Positions 38,339 through 47,900 of a DNA stretch of 64,000 bases are shown one piece after another. Position 1 is the stretch's first letter. Every line of letters begins with the position of its first letter. A model generated the notes under the pieces. It was not told the origin of the DNA. It did not search any database and worked only from the letters and a program-made list of their open reading frames with translations. Both the position numbers and the translations under genes were made by a program. Source of the DNA: a virus; IMG/VR virus record IMGVR_UViG_3300032011_003203, positions 1-64,000 of that record; one strand, written 5' to 3'.

Positions 38339-39471
38339 TGTCATACAATATCAAACCTAAAAGTGGAACTAAATCTGGTCCAATAACGGGTAATAGAGTA
38401 CAAAATGTTGAATCTACATTAAGATTAATAAAAGAAATATCAGATGAACCTGGTCAGTTTTATGAATTAGAACCTTTAGAAGTATTAGAGGTACATTTAG
38501 ATGATACAAAAAACTCTTTCCCACAAGGAAGTGATGGGCCTGATTATACTTATCTTGGTGGAGTTAAGGGTAGGTTAGTAATTTCAGAGACTGGAAAAAA
38601 CATTGATAAGTTAAGTGATTACAAACCATTAAATCCAAATATACAAACTACACCAGTGATTGGTGAAATTGTAATTGGTGTAAAATATCTTGGACAATTA
38701 TTCTATACAACACAAGTAAATTTTTTTGGTAATCCCAATTTTAATACACAACACGGATTAAGTAAAGGTAAATCAAAAGATACTTTAGTATCTGATAATA
38801 TCGATACTGCAAACGAACAAGATGATACAGGTGTAAAAGTTGGTTACTATTTAGAACCAACGCAAGATGTAAGAAGATTATTACCACAAGAGGGTGATGT
38901 TTTAATTGAGGGTAGGTTTGGAAACACTATTAGAATTGGTAGTGATATAAAAAATGATAATCAAGATTCACCAAATATTATTTTAAATGCTGGACAATCA
39001 AAAGATGATTTTCCAAATCCAAAACAACCAGTAGAAGAAAAAATTGATACAGATGGTTCGAGTGTTTACATAACCACAAATCAACCATTAACATTTACAC
39101 CTGGTATAGAAAGTAAATTATCACCACCACCATATGAGGGAAAAAATATATTACTTAGTTCAGATAGAATTATTTTTAATACAAAGAATGGTGGGGATAT
39201 AGTTTTTGGTAGTAATAATAATATTTCTATTTGTGCACCAAAGGAAGTTGTGATAGAAGCAGATACTACCAAGATAGGAAGTGTTGAAGCATCAGAACCA
39301 TTAGTGTTAGGTGCGATATTAGAAAGTAAGTTAAATGATATACTAACATTAATTGAGACTGGTTTGTTAGCACCGACAGGGCCAGTAGTAGTTGGACCTG
39401 GTGCAGGATTATTAGCTAGTTTAAAATCAACACTCTCACAAATAAAGAGTCCTAAGAATTTGGTAGAGTAA
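38338..39471 (+). CDS. Baseplate hub/central spike (gp5-like)
   Basis: P.IGE.V OB-fold, EGD.LIEGRFGNTIR, short beta repeats, EPLVLG ending. Confidence 0.65.
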   Translation: MSYNIKPKSGTKSGPITGNRVQNVESTLRLIKEISDEPGQFYELEPLEVLEVHLDDTKNSFPQGSDGPDYTYLGGVKGRLVISETGKNIDKLSDYKPLNPNIQTTPVIGEIVIGVKYLGQLFYTTQVNFFGNPNFNTQHGLSKGKSKDTLVSDNIDTANEQDDTGVKVGYYLEPTQDVRRLLPQEGDVLIEGRFGNTIRIGSDIKNDNQDSPNIILNAGQSKDDFPNPKQPVEEKIDTDGSSVYITTNQPLTFTPGIESKLSPPPYEGKNILLSSDRIIFNTKNGGDIVFGSNNNISICAPKEVVIEADTTKIGSVEASEPLVLGAILESKLNDILTLIETGLLAPTGPVVVGPGAGLLASLKSTLSQIKSPKNLVE

Positions 39472-39743
39472 TGAAGAATGATACTATTAAAGTTATCTTG
39501 AGTACGATAACTGCTTTAGGTGGTATTGGTGGGACATATAAAACTATGGAAAATAGAGTTTCAGATTTAGAAAATAAATTACAAGCACAAGAAGAGTATT
39601 TAAGAATTGAACTTCAAGTAGAGAAGTTACGACAAGAAGAACTTATCAATGAGATGAAACATAAAAATAAAATGGATTCACTTACATTTGATATGGCAAT
39701 GAAGCAACAAGAATATTTAATAAAATTAAGTCAAATGGAATAG
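39471..39743 (+). CDS. TM-anchored coiled-coil protein
   Basis: N-terminal hydrophobic helix and heptads. Confidence 0.5.
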   Translation: MKNDTIKVILSTITALGGIGGTYKTMENRVSDLENKLQAQEEYLRIELQVEKLRQEELINEMKHKNKMDSLTFDMAMKQQEYLIKLSQME

Positions 39744-39758
39744 TTTTTAGAGGAAATT

Positions 39759-40211
39759 ATGAGTTGGGATATATTTAAAGCTGAGTATAAAAAGGGTTTA
39801 GATGCAGGAGATGATATGGCAAAAGTAATTGCTGAATCATATGATAAGTGTATTAAACTTGGAATGACTGTAGGAGCAGCACCACCCGCACCATTAGCAA
39901 GTGGTAATGTTGCAGCATTAGAAGCAATGTTAAAAATTGCTTTTAAATCTTACGGAGTAACACCATTTCCACTACAACTCGATACAGGTTTAAAATTGTA
40001 TTGGTTGGGTGGAGTTACTGCAGCAGGAGCGACTGTAATAGTTCCAGGAATAACTGCAGCATATGTTCCTTTGGGAGCAGCAAATAAAGATGTTGATGAT
40101 TTTGTAGAACAATTAATAAAAAGTTTTAAAACGCACTTAGGTCAGGTGAGTGGACTGTTTCCAGCAGCACCATCACCTTTACCATTTGCAGGTTATAATG
40201 TACCAGGATAA
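39759..40211 (+). CDS. Hypothetical virion-associated protein
   Basis: Ala/Pro-rich, baseplate context. Confidence 0.55.
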   Translation: MSWDIFKAEYKKGLDAGDDMAKVIAESYDKCIKLGMTVGAAPPAPLASGNVAALEAMLKIAFKSYGVTPFPLQLDTGLKLYWLGGVTAAGATVIVPGITAAYVPLGAANKDVDDFVEQLIKSFKTHLGQVSGLFPAAPSPLPFAGYNVPG

Positions 40212-40222
40212 AGGAGTTAGAA

Positions 40223-40711
40223 ATGACTAAAAAGCAATTAGTAAAAATAATACAAGAAGTAGTACGAATAGAAGTACAAAAAGAGGTCAAACAGATATTT
40301 ATTAATGAGGGAATAAATAGCTTAAAGACTAAAAGAAGTACTACTCTCAAATCAACCGCACCAATCGCGAAGAAAAAGGTTCGAAAAATCGTAAAGAAGA
40401 AACCAGTTGTTAAACAATATACATCTAATGAATCTCTAAATAGTATTCTTAATGAAACTGCTAATATGGAAACGGATGAATATCCAACAATGGGTGGAGG
40501 AGCTTTTGATTCAAGTAGAGCAGCAGAACTATTAGGATATGCAGATGCTGGATTTGGTGGTGATAAAGAAACTGCAAGAAAAGTTGCAGCGGTACAAACA
40601 ATGAAAGAAGCTGGAGTTAGTTCAGACCAAGTACCTGAGAGTGTAGTAGATGCCCTAACAAAAGATTATAGTGCTTTAATGAAACACGATAAGATGAAGA
40701 GTAAAAGATAA
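40223..40711 (+). CDS. Conserved phage protein
   Basis: LN.ILNETA and ALTKDYSALMK motifs. Confidence 0.6.
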   Translation: MTKKQLVKIIQEVVRIEVQKEVKQIFINEGINSLKTKRSTTLKSTAPIAKKKVRKIVKKKPVVKQYTSNESLNSILNETANMETDEYPTMGGGAFDSSRAAELLGYADAGFGGDKETARKVAAVQTMKEAGVSSDQVPESVVDALTKDYSALMKHDKMKSKR

Positions 40712-41163
40712 TGCCTGAAAATGTCAACCTAACGAATAATCCATCTGTCCAACAGATTAATGAGGATGAAGATTCTTTCTTCGGTTGTACATTTCCATTA
40801 ACTTATCAAGGTGATAATGTAGGATTTTTTCCAAGAGCAAAAACAGTCAAGGAACAAGCATTTTCAAATATAAAAAATCTTTTATTAACTATGAAAGGTG
40901 AGCGAGTTGGTCAACCAGATTTTGGTAGTAATTTACCAGCATTAATATTTGAACAAGTTGGGCCAGAATTAAGTGATAGTATTGAAGAAACTATACACGA
41001 AGCATTAGAACAATGGTTACCTTATATAAAAGCACAAAATGTTTTTGTGGTACAAGATGAAGCAAACCCAAACCAAATAGTAGTTACATTAGAATTTATT
41101 GTGACAGTTGATGACCCAGATTCACCTGAAACAATAACTTTTAATTTTAACGCAGGAGAGTAA
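40711..41163 (+). CDS. Baseplate wedge subunit gp25-like
   Basis: NIKNLLLT.KGER..QPDFGS.L..LIFE, WLPY. Confidence 0.85.
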   Translation: MPENVNLTNNPSVQQINEDEDSFFGCTFPLTYQGDNVGFFPRAKTVKEQAFSNIKNLLLTMKGERVGQPDFGSNLPALIFEQVGPELSDSIEETIHEALEQWLPYIKAQNVFVVQDEANPNQIVVTLEFIVTVDDPDSPETITFNFNAGE

Positions 41164-41164
41164 A

Positions 41165-43135
41165 ATGGCTAATGATGTAGATTATGGTCTAAATAAGAAA
41201 AAAGAAAAAAGAGATATTAGATATATTGGTAGAGAGTTTTCTACTATTAGAGCTAATCTATTAGAATACGCCAAATCATATTATCCTACAGCATACAATG
41301 ATTTTAACGAATCATCACCAGGTATGATGTTTATTGAAATGGCAAGTTATGTTGGGGATACTTTATCATTTTATATCGACACTCAATACAGAGAAACCTT
41401 ATTACACGCTGCAGAAGAAACAAAGAATATTTATAAAATTGCACAATCATTTGGATATAAACCAAAACTATCTCATCCAGCATCAGTACTTAGTGAGATA
41501 ACAATTGAAGTACCAGCAGAAGATGATGGTACAAGTGTAACACCTGATTTAGATTATGCATTAATGGTAAATGCAGATAGTATATTTTCATCCAAAAGTG
41601 GAAGAACTTTTAGATTATTAGATGATGTTAATTTTAAAACATCATCATCACTTGATTCACGAGTAGAAAAAATATCACAATATGATTCAGATACACCAAC
41701 ACACTTTACATTAACTAAAAAATGTTTATTAGAATCTGGTACAAAAACTACTGAGAATTTTACATTCGGTGCAGGAATTAAATTTGACAAAGTTATTTTA
41801 AGTAAAGAAAAGGTAATACAAATTTTAAGTGTTGTTGATGATGATGGAAATACTTGGTACGAAGTTCCTTTCTTAGCACAAGATACAGTCTTTGCATCAA
41901 CCGAAAATAATGCAACAACCACACCTGATGTATCTGCTAATGCAGCAGATGCACCTTATATGTTGAAGTTAATTAAAACTGCAAATAGATTTACAACCTA
42001 CACGAGAAGTGATGGTAAATCAGAATTACGATTTGGTGCAGGAACATCAACAAATGCAGATGAAGAAATAATTCCAAATCCAGATAATGTTGGTTCATCA
42101 TTAGGAACTGGTGTTAGTAAACTTGATGCATCATTTGACCCAAGTAATTTTTTAAAAACAAAAGCATTTGGACAAGCACCAAGTAATATTACATTAACTA
42201 TAACTTACACATATGGTGGAGCAATAGAAGATAATATTCTTACTAATGAATTAAAAAATAATGATAGTCTTTCCACTACATTAAATGAAGAGGGATTAGA
42301 TTCTGATAAAGTTGGTGAAACAAAAGATAGTATTAGTATTACAAACAAAGAACCTGCTACTGGTGGAAGTGGTGGAGAATCACCTGAAGAAATTAGACAA
42401 AATGCTTTAGCATATTTTAATTCACAAAATAGAGCAGTTACTAAAGAGGATTATATTACAAGAGTTTATTCATTACCACAAAAGTATGGTAACATTGCTA
42501 AAGTACATATTGTACAAGATGAACAATTAGAACAAAATACACAGACAATTATAAAAGATGGTAAGATTAAAAAAGAAAAAAATATAACAACAATACCCAA
42601 TCCATTAGCATTGAATATGTATGTGTTGGGTTATGATAGAACTAAAAAATTAGTTGCATTAAATGATGCGGTTAAACAAAACCTTAGAGTTTATTTATCT
42701 CAATACAGAGTATTAACAGATGCAATAAATATTAAAGATGGTTACACAATTAATATTGGGTGTAGATTCTCAATCATAACTCAGAGAGGACATAACAAAA
42801 ATGCAGTTTTACTTAAATGTATTGATGCGGTAAAGAATCATTTTGATATAACTAAATGGCAAATCAATCAACCAATAATTTTAAGTGATATTGCTTATGT
42901 GATATCTTTAGTTGATGGTGTAGCAAGTGTTGTTCCACCTGAAGATGATAATCCACAGAAACAAATGGTTGTTGTTGAGAATAAGTGGAGAACTGAGAGT
43001 GGATATAGTGGACATGTCTATGATTTACAATCTGCAACAAAAGATGGAATTATTTACTCATCACTTGACCCAAGTATATTTGAACTTAAATACCCGAACT
43101 TAGATATCGAGGGTAGAGTAGTAGGAGACATTTAA
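41165..43135 (+). CDS. Baseplate wedge protein gp6/J-like
   Basis: DFNESSPGMMFIEM.SYVGD.LSFY.D, GG.G.ES.EEIR, QNRAVT.EDY. Confidence 0.85.
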   Translation: MANDVDYGLNKKKEKRDIRYIGREFSTIRANLLEYAKSYYPTAYNDFNESSPGMMFIEMASYVGDTLSFYIDTQYRETLLHAAEETKNIYKIAQSFGYKPKLSHPASVLSEITIEVPAEDDGTSVTPDLDYALMVNADSIFSSKSGRTFRLLDDVNFKTSSSLDSRVEKISQYDSDTPTHFTLTKKCLLESGTKTTENFTFGAGIKFDKVILSKEKVIQILSVVDDDGNTWYEVPFLAQDTVFASTENNATTTPDVSANAADAPYMLKLIKTANRFTTYTRSDGKSELRFGAGTSTNADEEIIPNPDNVGSSLGTGVSKLDASFDPSNFLKTKAFGQAPSNITLTITYTYGGAIEDNILTNELKNNDSLSTTLNEEGLDSDKVGETKDSISITNKEPATGGSGGESPEEIRQNALAYFNSQNRAVTKEDYITRVYSLPQKYGNIAKVHIVQDEQLEQNTQTIIKDGKIKKEKNITTIPNPLALNMYVLGYDRTKKLVALNDAVKQNLRVYLSQYRVLTDAINIKDGYTINIGCRFSIITQRGHNKNAVLLKCIDAVKNHFDITKWQINQPIILSDIAYVISLVDGVASVVPPEDDNPQKQMVVVENKWRTESGYSGHVYDLQSATKDGIIYSSLDPSIFELKYPNLDIEGRVVGDI

Positions 43136-44313
43136 TGTTTTATTTTGAATACCCAACAACAGACACAACAATTTATGAAGGTAGTATTACATCATCAATC
43201 AATACAGGTTTAGATGAAATATTAGAGGTTTCAAAAAATGTTAACTCTTCAGGCACTACAATTAGTGTATCAAGAGCATTATTAAAATTTGATTATAGTT
43301 ATATCTCATCATCAGTACAAAGTGGAATTATTCCAAGTGATGCAAAGTATTATTTAAATCTATATGATGCTAGTTCTACAGAACTTGCGATAGAACAAAC
43401 TTTAGAAACATATATGATTAGTGGAAGTTGGAATGGTGGAACTGGTACAATCGATAGAGACCCAGCATTAAGTGATGGGGCAAGTTGGAAGTATCGTGAT
43501 AATGATACTGATAAAACAGAATGGGTAAGTGGTAGTACTACACAAGGTGGTACTTGGTACACTTCAAGTTTAGATAGTTCATATAATATTTCATCATCAT
43601 TTAATTTAGTTTACGAAACAAGAGATATAAGAATGGATGTAACCGATTTAGTTAAGAATCATATCTATTCCAGTTCAGTATTTCCAAACAATGGATTTAT
43701 TGTAAAAAGAAATAATACTGCAACCAGTCAAAGTTTACATTCTATATTTGACCCCACAACCGCAACTGGTTCTGCAGAGGGTAATTCAACACCACTTGGT
43801 AATTTGAAATTCTTTTCAAGAGAAACCCACACTATCTTTCCGCCAAAGTTAGAAGTAGAGTGGGATGATTCAACTTGGAACACAGGCAGTTTAAGTGAAT
43901 TAAGTTCAACAGATTTAGAGAGGTTGACTGTTTATTTTCAAAATATGAAACCAGAATACAAAGAAAAATCAAAAGTAAAATTTAGAGTAGTGGGTAGAGA
44001 ATTATATCCAACACGAGGATTTGAAACTACACCAGCAGCATTAACAATCAAAACACTACCAAGTGGTAGTAGAACTATAGAACAAGGAACTTACTATTCA
44101 ATAAAAGATGCACATACAGAAGATGTGATAATACCATTTAGTACAGGTTCAATTGTTAGTTGTGATTCAAGTGGTAATTACTTTAATGTGTGGATGAATG
44201 GGTTTCAACCTGAAAGATTCTACAGATTTGAAATTAAAGTTGTTAGTGGTAGTGGAGTAGACCAAACTTCTATGATATATGATGATGATTATGAATTTAA
44301 AGTGGTGAGGTAA
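43135..44313 (+). CDS. Baseplate/virion structural protein
   Basis: NTGLDEILE, SRAL.KF, NNGFI, KFFSRETHTI.PPKL (DNRLRE-like). Confidence 0.6.
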   Translation: MFYFEYPTTDTTIYEGSITSSINTGLDEILEVSKNVNSSGTTISVSRALLKFDYSYISSSVQSGIIPSDAKYYLNLYDASSTELAIEQTLETYMISGSWNGGTGTIDRDPALSDGASWKYRDNDTDKTEWVSGSTTQGGTWYTSSLDSSYNISSSFNLVYETRDIRMDVTDLVKNHIYSSSVFPNNGFIVKRNNTATSQSLHSIFDPTTATGSAEGNSTPLGNLKFFSRETHTIFPPKLEVEWDDSTWNTGSLSELSSTDLERLTVYFQNMKPEYKEKSKVKFRVVGRELYPTRGFETTPAALTIKTLPSGSRTIEQGTYYSIKDAHTEDVIIPFSTGSIVSCDSSGNYFNVWMNGFQPERFYRFEIKVVSGSGVDQTSMIYDDDYEFKVVR

Positions 44314-44314
44314 A

Positions 44315-44941
44315 ATGCCATTAACTTACGAACAAGCAAAGAAAAAAGATTTTTATCGTAATATTCAAGATGCAGATGAACGAAAACATTTAAAAGCACT
44401 TGAAGAAGAAAAGAACAGAGCCGCAATAAGTGGTTCTGCACTTGATGCATTAAATCCATTACGAGATGAAAATGGTTTCTTATTATCTTACGAGGACCCA
44501 AAGAATCCAGGTGAAACTTTAACAGAAGAATATCAATATGTTCGAATTGGCGTTGAACAAAAAGCATCTATAACAGCAGATGTTATACGACACTTTGGTG
44601 ATGATTTACAATTCTTAGAACTTATGCCAAAAGAGATTGAAGAAGCCACAACAACACAAGAAGAATTAAATCAACTTAAAAAAGATTTACAAGGTAAAAT
44701 AGAAGAACAAGATTTATTAAATCAAGAATTAGATATAACAGGTAAAAAATTACAAAATACTATTGCAATTCAAAATGAACAAGAAATACCATTTCCGAAT
44801 TTAGATGAAGAAACAGAACAACTTCAAGCAGATAGAGATGCTGCAAGAGAAAAGATTGCAAAAATATTTGGTAAAGGTAAACTTGCAAAAAAGATAGCAG
44901 ATAAAGTAGCAAAAGAAATCAAAAAAACTACTGGAGAGTAA
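44315..44941 (+). CDS. Hypothetical coiled-coil protein
   Basis: ORF in structural cluster. Confidence 0.55.
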   Translation: MPLTYEQAKKKDFYRNIQDADERKHLKALEEEKNRAAISGSALDALNPLRDENGFLLSYEDPKNPGETLTEEYQYVRIGVEQKASITADVIRHFGDDLQFLELMPKEIEEATTTQEELNQLKKDLQGKIEEQDLLNQELDITGKKLQNTIAIQNEQEIPFPNLDEETEQLQADRDAAREKIAKIFGKGKLAKKIADKVAKEIKKTTGE

Positions 44942-44944
44942 TGA

Positions 44945-47900
44945 ATGTTACAATATGGTTTAACAGATAAAGACAGAGAACAATTAGAATATCCTAAACA
45001 ATTGTATAGTGGTTTTGGTAGAGATGCTAATGACTTCATACATTTCTATGTCTATGATATGGAGGATAATTTATTAGAAGATGATATCCTAAAACCAGGT
45101 GATGTTTTATTCAGAGACGATAATACTATTGATTTAGATATTGGTGGACACGTCAGAGATTTAGGTTATGAAGAAGGTCAATTTAAAGTTAAGTATCTTT
45201 TTCTTAGACGATTAGCTGGTAAAAAAGAAACCATTATGGTGAACGATGAGGGATTCATCAATATGGGAAAAATTTCTACTAAAGTTATTAATGGTAAGAC
45301 AAGATATTTTAAAGGTGGAATGAAACCTACTAACCAAACATTAGAAGAAGTATTTCCAAAAGAAATGAAGTATGTGGTGAAAGAAGTATCACCATCAAAG
45401 AATGAAGTAAAAGTAGATGTCCAATTAATTAATAATGTTTCTTATCGTAAAAACTTTGCTGGTATAAATAAAGATTTTGTTTATGTACCAAAAAGAATTG
45501 GTGGTGCAAATGCAGGAACAGTCAGATGGGATAAAACTGATGGTAATGTTTTAATAATGACACCAGGTGTTGGTGAACGAGGATTTACAGATGCAATGGT
45601 TGGTGGTGAAGTTGTTGTTAAGGGTATGTATGAATACACTTTAACAGAAACTAAAATGGTAGAGACACTTGTTAGAAAAGAAACAGAAGTTTTAATTAAT
45701 AGACCTACGAAAAGCATACCACCAAGACCAGATGAAAAGAAAGAGTTCTTTGATGATATTGTAAAAACTACAGTCGATAAAGAACCTGTCGGAGTAAAAG
45801 AAATATTAGAAAAGACACCAGGCCCAGACCAAGATTATGATGATTATAGAGATAGGGATGATTATGGAAGTGTTTGTTTTACTGGTGATACAAAAATTAA
45901 ATTAAGTAACAATCGTACCATTCCAATTAAAATGATGAGACCTGGTATGAAAGTTAAAACCGAACAAGGTTATGCAAAAGTATTAAAGGTAGTTAAAGAT
46001 AACAGACCTTACGGAGATAAATTAGTTCGTTATAAAAATCTTACCACTACAGACCATCACCCGATTAAACATCAAGGTAAATGGTATTTAGCAAATGAAG
46101 TTGGTACAGAATTTAAAGCTGAGGCATTAGATGTTTGGAATCTAATACTGGACAAACACCACACTATCATTGCTAACAATATAACATCTGCAACACTTGG
46201 TAAGTGGAATAGTATTGAACATTTCTTAGGTGTTAGAGATAGAAGAATTAATATGTTGAGGGTTGCAGAAGATTTTGAAGATACTGGTGGAGGTGGTGGT
46301 TCATATGTACCACCAGCAGACCCATCACCATCAGACTCAGTAATAGAAGAGATAATGACTGAGGTAGGAGATAATATACAAACAGATGATGAGGTTGTTG
46401 ATGAAAGAGGATATGCAAAAGGATTAGAACCTACTAATGAATATATTGTTGATAGGAGACCAAAAGCTTTTACAAAAGAAATAATTGAAGATTTTGCTAC
46501 TGATGAAGATTCAATAGCAAAATATAAAACAGTCGTTACATTTGATACTGAATTAGTTCCAATTGATGTATTTAAACAAGTACCAGTTGATTATGTTGGT
46601 AAGGTTGTTGAAATTTTAGATTTCGATAGAATACGAGTTGATACATCTTACGAAGAGGGAGCAAACAAATCAGACCATAGTGGGCCAGATAGATTCAATG
46701 ATATCTTTACAGATTCATTTGTAACATATAGAAAAAACAAGATAACAAGATTAAATACTTATATGGTTACTAAAGAGGGATATCATTTATGTATTAATAT
46801 GTTAGATGCCCCAACACAAACTTTACCTGATAGTGATAAAAAATTACCAATAAGAGATGTAGCAGATAGAACTGCTCGTTATGTTAAAACTTATAAACCA
46901 TTACCAGATACAATTGAACAAAATGATTTAGTTTATTTCGTAGAAGAAAAAATGGAGCCATACGAAGATATGGTTAAGATAACTAAATTTGTAGAAGAGG
47001 ACCCCGTAGCATTATTTTTAAGAGTTCCAAATTTAAATTCAACAACCAATCCAATTAATTTTAGAAGTACTAATTTTAAAAAGTATGATGATTTAATTGG
47101 AACTGATACTTCAGTTCAAGATGATATAACGAATCACATACACTCAAGTAGTTTATTAGATGTACAATTGGGTATTGATTATTCCATACGAACTGATGCA
47201 CTTGGTAGTGATAGAACTGATTATGGATTTGGAAACTTTGTTAATTTTGGTGGAGCGGAAAATAGAATAAGAAACTTTAAAAAGAAGATAAAATTAATTG
47301 AGGGTTATAAAACTGATTCACATGCATTGATAAATATTACATCATCTGCAGATACTCGTGCAAATATTAATATGAGAAAACGAGAAGTTATAAATAGTTT
47401 TGACCCATATGAAAATTATCTATATACAGTCTCATCAAGTTATGCAACAAGTTCTCTTGGTGAGTTCTATGATGCATCTTGGCCTAAGACAAGTGGTTCA
47501 AGAGAAGATGGCACAAACTTTATATTAGAACATACAAGTGGTTCAACATTTACTACTTGGTTTGATACTTGGACTGGATACGCAAAAGATTTCGATACAT
47601 ACAATCAGAATAGATTGGTAAATAATTTACCACTGCATGTAGCAAGTGATACTGAGAATAAAGTATTCTTAGATTTTATGGATATGACAGGACAACAATT
47701 TGATGAGATATGGGGATACATAAGACACTTTACAGATATCAATGAACGAAGTAATAAATTATCAGAGGGTATCTCTAAAGATATAGTTCGTGAAGTTGCA
47801 AAGAGTATGGGTTTTGAAGTTGATAGTGGAAATGATTTAGTTATTTTACCAGAATACTTATTAGGTAAAACAGCAGATGGTCAAGATAAATACGAATCAC

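Noticed and set aside
45875-46207. Canonical splicing intein
   Set aside because: No terminal His-Asn plus Cys/Ser/Thr and no homing endonuclease; treated as a Vint-type Hint domain.
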